This document shows positions 6,810 to 10,143 of a stretch of DNA of 10,143 bases, piece after piece. How positions within the stretch are numbered: position 1 is the stretch's first letter; each line of letters begins with the position of its first letter. The notes under the pieces are model-generated. The model ran no database searches. It saw only the letters and a list, made by a program, of their open reading frames with translations, and was not told where the DNA came from. A program made the position numbers and the translations under genes. This DNA is from Candidatus Hermodarchaeum yapensis (lineage in GTDB: Archaea; Asgardarchaeota; Hermodarchaeia; Hermodarchaeales; Hermodarchaeaceae): NCBI GenBank assembly GCA_016840405.1, contig JAEOSK010000058.1:1-10143 (forward strand), given 5' to 3'.

Positions 6810-8136
6810 ATGGGAGCAAATGAAGAAAGTACAGGTACTACTAAGTATTGTATTCGTGGAAAAATCGAAATAGATGGAGTAGTTGAGACCCCCGATGTCG
6901 TAGGCGCGCTCTTTGGTCAAACAGAGGGCCTACACTTCATATCACAGATGTGAAGGGGTAATCGGTGAAGATTTGGATCTTAGAGAGTTACAACAATCGG
7001 GGCGAATTGGTCGAATAAAAGTAGAACTGAATTCAGAAGGCGGTAAATCACAAGGCACCATTACTATTCCCTGTAGTCTTGATCGGACTGAAACCGCAGT
7101 TCTCGCAGCTGCAATGGAAACCGTAGATCGAGTTGGTCCTTGCGCCGCGAAAATTACCTTAGAAAAACTAGAAGACGTACGCAAAGAAAAACGAAAACGA
7201 ATCATTGAACGAGCCGTGGATCTTCTACGAGATTGGGAAGGAGAAGTATCACCGGATTCGCAAGAAATGACAGATACTGTCATGAAAGAATCACGTACGG
7301 CAGGGATTGTGAAACTAGGGAAGGAAAAACTTCCTGCTGGACCGGATGCAGAAACTTCTAACACAATCATTGTTGTTGAAGGCCGTGCAGATGTGCTATC
7401 CTTGCTTCGTTCAGGTGTGAAAAATGCAGTTGCAGTAGAAGGTACTTCGATTCCAAAATCAATCGTTGATTTGATCAAATCAAAAACTGTGATTGCCTTC
7501 CTTGACGGCGATCGAGGAGGAGATTTAATTCTCAAAGAGCTTGCTCAATTAGCAAAAGTTGACTACGTTGCGAGAGCGCCAACAGGAAGAGAAGTAGAGG
7601 AACTAACTCACAAGGAAATCACAAAAGCCCTCCGAAACAAAATTCCAGCTGGACAGGTGCTAGGAAAGACCATTAGAAAAGCCAAAGCTCCGGTCAAAGT
7701 CACTCCAAAAGCGAAACGGCGAGGTCGGCGACCAACTGCACAGAAACCGAAGGAAACCCGTCAGAGGACAACTCGTTCTACAAAACCGGACACACTCCGA
7801 ACTAAAGAACACCCAAAGGTCAAGAAGAAACCGAAAGATCTCGGAATTCCGAAAGCAGTTCTTGATTCATCTCAAAAAATTCAACAGACGATGATGGCTT
7901 CAATTCTTGATAATGATTTGAAACAACTTAAGGAGACACATGTCGGAGAGATAGCCAACGAGTTGCAGAAACAGAAAAATGCCCAAGTCCTCATTTTAGA
8001 TGGAGTGGTAACACAACGGCTTATCGATATTGCCGAAGAACGTGGCGTCGAACTAATCATTGGAGTCCGCATTGGAAATATCGTCAAGAAGCCAGCAAAA
8101 ATGCGCATTCACACATTCGATGAACTGCGACAATAA
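6810..8136 (+). CDS. dnaG: DNA primase DnaG (archaeal Toprim primase / exosome-associated), split by a 28-nt BHB intron: exon 1 6810..6933, exon 2 6962..8136, 432 aa after splicing
   Basis: Exon 1 (codons in phase with 6810) encodes [41 protein letters not shown], the conserved DnaG N-terminus. It is preceded by SD-like AGGTGG (6799-6804). Exon 2 (codons in phase with 6964) encodes [22 protein letters not shown]..., [22 protein letters not shown], the Toprim blocks [10 protein letters not shown] and [12 protein letters not shown], and the C-terminal [14 protein letters not shown] domain. Read collinearly, frame 1 stops at TGA 6951. The ORF track therefore only shows a truncated ORF from TTG 6913. 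Confidence 0.85.
6934..6961 (+). other. putative BHB (tRNA-endonuclease-type) intron inside the dnaG coding sequence
   Basis: Central 4-bp helix GCCT (6928-6931) pairs with GGGT (6956-6959): G.U, C-G, C-G, U.G. The 3-nt bulges are ACA (6932-6934) and AAT (6960-6962). The inner helix is 9 bp, 6935-6943/6947-6955, with loop ACA. Cutting after the 2nd nt of each bulge joins C6933 to T6962, making a CTC Leu codon and restoring the frame. The outer helix is weak (only G6927-C6963). Confidence 0.7.
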
Positions 8137-8221
8137 TATACTGCTTGTCAAGGTAGCAAGGCTTATATAGCGAGCACCCTCAGTTTCGCCTCGACTCTAT
8201 ACAATCCGCGAGCGTGTTTCC

Positions 8222-8506
8222 GTGGCTGAAACCAACAGTAAGCTCATTCGCGTTCTACAGGTTCTTGGACTCCTATTCATGATTGGTGCTGGATTTGTAG
8301 CTGTAACCAATCTAGTGTTAGACATTCCCTGGGATCAGATTGCAGCAATTTTATTTCTAGCCAATTTATTGTTATGTGGACTCAGTTTTGGAATGGCCGG
8401 TTTGATGGCAGAAAACCCGGACAAGATTCGAAAATACTTTGCCGAATGGTTGGTTGTGGTTGGAGCGATCCTAATATGGGTAGTCTGTGTTTATGCTTTA
8501 CTTTGA
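8222..8506 (+). CDS. small hypothetical membrane protein (about 3 TM helices)
   Basis: 94-aa ORF with three hydrophobic segments (VLQVLGLLFMIGAGFVAVTNLVL, IAAILFLANLLLCGLSFGMAGLM, WLVVVGAILIWVVCVYALL). GTG start. Its stop, TGA 8504-8506, overlaps the SD of atpD. I recognise no family. Confidence 0.5.
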   Translation: MAETNSKLIRVLQVLGLLFMIGAGFVAVTNLVLDIPWDQIAAILFLANLLLCGLSFGMAGLMAENPDKIRKYFAEWLVVVGAILIWVVCVYALL

Positions 8507-8515
8507 GGGATAATC

Positions 8516-9169
8516 TTGTCTGAGTCAGCAGGAATTATTGCAGGGGTTCGCCCAACTCGAATGGAACTTCTAACTCTCAAGGAACGACGTGAATTAGCCG
8601 CACGTGGTTATGAACTTCTTCGAGAAAAGCAAGATGCCCTAGTTCGCGAGTTTTTCGCCATTTTGTCAGAAGCTAAGAAGTATCGAGAAGAAATGGAAAC
8701 CACTTTAACTGAAGCCTTTGCTTCCTTTATGGAAGCCAAGTTAGTTGAAGGCGGAGCAAAACTAGAAGAACTCGCTTTGGGAGCAAAAAGCCCAATTGAC
8801 TTTGATGTGGAAACTCGAAACATGATGGGAGTTAATGTACCCATCTTTCGAGTTACTCAACAAGAAGAAGAAGCCCAACTACATTACAGTTTAGCGGGGA
8901 CTTCAGCTGCCGTAGATAAAGCTGCTCAAAAAGTACGTACTGCACTGGAGAAGATTGTAAGGCTTGCAGAAATTGAAGCCACAGTAAAACGGCTTGCAGC
9001 AGAAATTGAGAAGACAAAACGCCGTGTAAACGCGTTAAATTACGTAGTTCTTCCCCGAATTAACAACACTATTCGGTATATTGAACTCATGCTTGAAGAA
9101 CAGGAACGAGAAGATCTTTTCCGCATGAAACGGGTTAAGGCGATGTTGGAGCGTAAAGCAAGCTCCTAG
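8516..9169 (+). CDS. atpD: A/V-type ATP synthase subunit D (central stalk)
   Basis: The N-terminal VRPTRMELLTLKERRELAARGYELLREKQDALVREF and the C-terminal coiled-coil IEKTKRRVNALNYVVLPRI...EEQEREDLFRMKRVK are the hallmark of subunit D. TTG start, preceded by GAGGGA (8505-8510). Confidence 0.88.
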   Translation: MSESAGIIAGVRPTRMELLTLKERRELAARGYELLREKQDALVREFFAILSEAKKYREEMETTLTEAFASFMEAKLVEGGAKLEELALGAKSPIDFDVETRNMMGVNVPIFRVTQQEEEAQLHYSLAGTSAAVDKAAQKVRTALEKIVRLAEIEATVKRLAAEIEKTKRRVNALNYVVLPRINNTIRYIELMLEEQEREDLFRMKRVKAMLERKASS

Positions 9170-9175
9170 AGAGTC

Positions 9176-9568
9176 CTAGCCCTCAGTTAGTGCGATAATT
9201 GCTCTAGCAAGGTTACCATCCGCGGCCCGTAGGGCTTCGCGAGCTTCTTCTTCAGAAACATTGGCTTGATTTGCTACAAGTTGGACATCTTCTTCTGAAA
9301 ATGTTGCGGCTACAGCCGTGGGAGCCCCTTCTTCTGCTTCGCCGGAGACTGTAAGGCTTCTTTCTTCGGCTTGACCAATTATTTGGTAGATGTTTTCTCC
9401 TTGTCCTTGCATGGTTACTACTTGTGGTTCGGTAAGAACTAATTCCCGATCCGGAAACCGTATGAGTACCTCAGTGACGGCATCCAATTGCTGGAAATCC
9501 ACACCCATCCGTCGCATCTGGCGTTCCATTGCGCGTTTTTTGGATTTCACTTTCTTTACTTTGACCAA
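9176..9568 (-). CDS. nac: nascent polypeptide-associated complex protein (archaeal NAC, NAC domain + C-terminal UBA)
   Basis: MRRMGVDFQQLDAVTEVLIRFPDRELVLTEPQVVTMQGQGENIYQIIG is a NAC domain. The C-terminal EEDVQLVANQANVSEEEAREALRAADGNLARAIIAL is UBA-like. TTG 9568 is preceded on the minus strand by GAGGGA (9580..9575). ATG 9529 is an alternative start. Confidence 0.85.
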   Translation of the reverse strand: MVKVKKVKSKKRAMERQMRRMGVDFQQLDAVTEVLIRFPDRELVLTEPQVVTMQGQGENIYQIIGQAEERSLTVSGEAEEGAPTAVAATFSEEDVQLVANQANVSEEEAREALRAADGNLARAIIALTEG

Positions 9569-9614
9569 CTCTTATCCCTCATATTTTCTGCAATTCGTAG
9601 TTAGTCGTTATCAT

Positions 9615-10084
9615 TTAGGTTTTCCGTTTATCGATTGAATGGCGTGTTTTAACGGCGACTCCTCTTGTGAGTTCAAGCATCTCTTGAGGACTTAATTGAG
9701 CCACTCCGACAGCAAGTAATTCATCCTTATTATTCACTATGAGCACCTCATCACCTGCACGAAGTTGGGGGTCCACATCTTCCACATGCTTTGCAAAAAG
9801 AGTGCGACCTTCAGCAATAAAATGGGCAATCTCTTGATGAACTGTTGCGCGGAGCCGTGGATATTTAACAGCAGCATGTAAGCGTTTAGCGCCCAAGATT
9901 GTTAGAACAATACGCCCATCAGTTGCGCGAATTGTCGCAAGGACTTGGGAAGCCAATGTTACTCTTCTAAGGCGCCCAGTTCGTTTGGACACTTCCACTT
10001 TGCAGGTATCGGGGAATATCTTATGTCCTACTTGTGAGCTGAATTGATAGTTAGCAATGCCTCTTACTCTGTGTAAGCGTTCAT
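9615..10084 (-). CDS. stand-alone TGT_C2 + PUA domain RNA-binding protein (ArcTGT C-terminal-like); start codon unresolved
   Basis: The ORF from GTG 9998 encodes ...SKRTGRLRRVTLASQVLATIRATDGRIVLTILGAKRLH plus a PUA domain (FAKHVEDVDPQLRAGDEVLIVNNKDELLAVGVAQLS...GVAVKTRH). The same frame stays open upstream to the TAG at 10112..10110 and encodes ERLHRVRGIANYQFSSQVGHKIFPDTCKVEV. That is the conserved start of the TGT_C2 domain (ADYQFG-type motif), so coding sequence extends to at least 10082. The only nearby ATG (10084..10082) is one nucleotide out of frame. Confidence 0.7.
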
Positions 10085-10143
10085 TATTTTGCGATTTGGC
10101 TCGCCTCGCCTATTCTACAATAACCTATCCATAAATGTCTGTC

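Noticed and set aside
6667-6920. ORFs 6667..6873 (+, 68 aa) and 6723..6920 (-, 65 aa)
   Set aside because: They lie in the Toprim-dnaG spacer and overlap dnaG exon 1 in other frames. The frame that matches conserved DnaG sequence is the one starting at ATG 6810.
6913-6963. The TTG 6913 start of the 407-aa DnaG ORF, and programmed ribosomal frameshifting as an explanation for the frame change
   Set aside because: A start at 6913 discards about 40 conserved N-terminal residues that are intact in another frame and translates [17 protein letters not shown] with no homology. A +1 shift within 6933-6950 would add about 10 extra residues between blocks with conserved spacing, and I see no slippery site. 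The BHB splice explains both the frame and the spacing. An assembly artefact remains a formal alternative.
179-9638. Antisense or overlapping shadow ORFs: 179..391, 2217..2489, 2799..3173, 3152..3334, 3461..3679, 3480..3665, 3487..3738, 5391..5636, 6942..7535, 7881..8108, 8608..8844, 9390..9638
   Set aside because: Each lies wholly inside, or largely overlaps, a gene with strong homology-type evidence on the other strand or in another frame. Their compositions are skewed (Ser/Arg/Cys-rich) and they have no recognisable motifs.
10059-10081. Hairpin CTTAC-acaga-GTAAG near the PUA gene start, considered as a second mRNA BHB intron
   Set aside because: No 4-bp helix with paired 3-nt bulges can be drawn around it. 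The segment encodes conserved residues (RLHRVRG) in frame, so it is exon sequence.
1-10143. CRISPR arrays, tandem repeats, defence-system gene clusters
   Set aside because: No regularly spaced direct repeats were seen. Apart from the GGCGA GGCGA duplication at about 10100-10109, I saw no repeat, and the gene content is housekeeping except for tnpB.

Overview
Archaeal chromosomal window of mostly housekeeping genes, moderately AT-rich, with archaeal TATA boxes (TTTTATA-type) and SD-like GAGG motifs before internal genes. Left to right: a tnpB-only IS200/IS605-type element (-); a tRNA-Pro(UGG) with two non-canonical bulge-helix-bulge (BHB) introns; a stand-alone 5S rRNA; a DUF1512-like membrane-anchored protein; archaeal phosphopantetheine adenylyltransferase; a ~380-bp G+C-rich non-coding gap that looks like a structured RNA; a Taw2/Trm5-family methyltransferase; TyrRS (-); a small stand-alone Toprim protein; DnaG primase; a small 3-TM protein; A/V-ATPase subunit D; NAC (-); and a TGT_C2+PUA protein (-). 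The main finding is that dnaG is split across two reading frames by a 28-nt insert (6934..6961). The insert folds into a 3-nt bulge / 4-bp helix / 3-nt bulge motif with the same geometry as the two tRNA introns 5 kb upstream. Cutting it at the canonical bulge positions restores the frame and the conserved spacing of the DnaG N-terminus ([18 protein letters not shown]). This points to an endonuclease-spliced intron in a protein-coding mRNA, which ORF callers would miss (the ORF track shows an N-terminally truncated DnaG). Other items are a start-codon/frame anomaly in the PUA gene, the unclassified G+C-rich RNA candidate, the TnpB with a probable omega-RNA region, and an atpD gene away from any ATPase operon. 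No CRISPR array or tandem repeat array is present.
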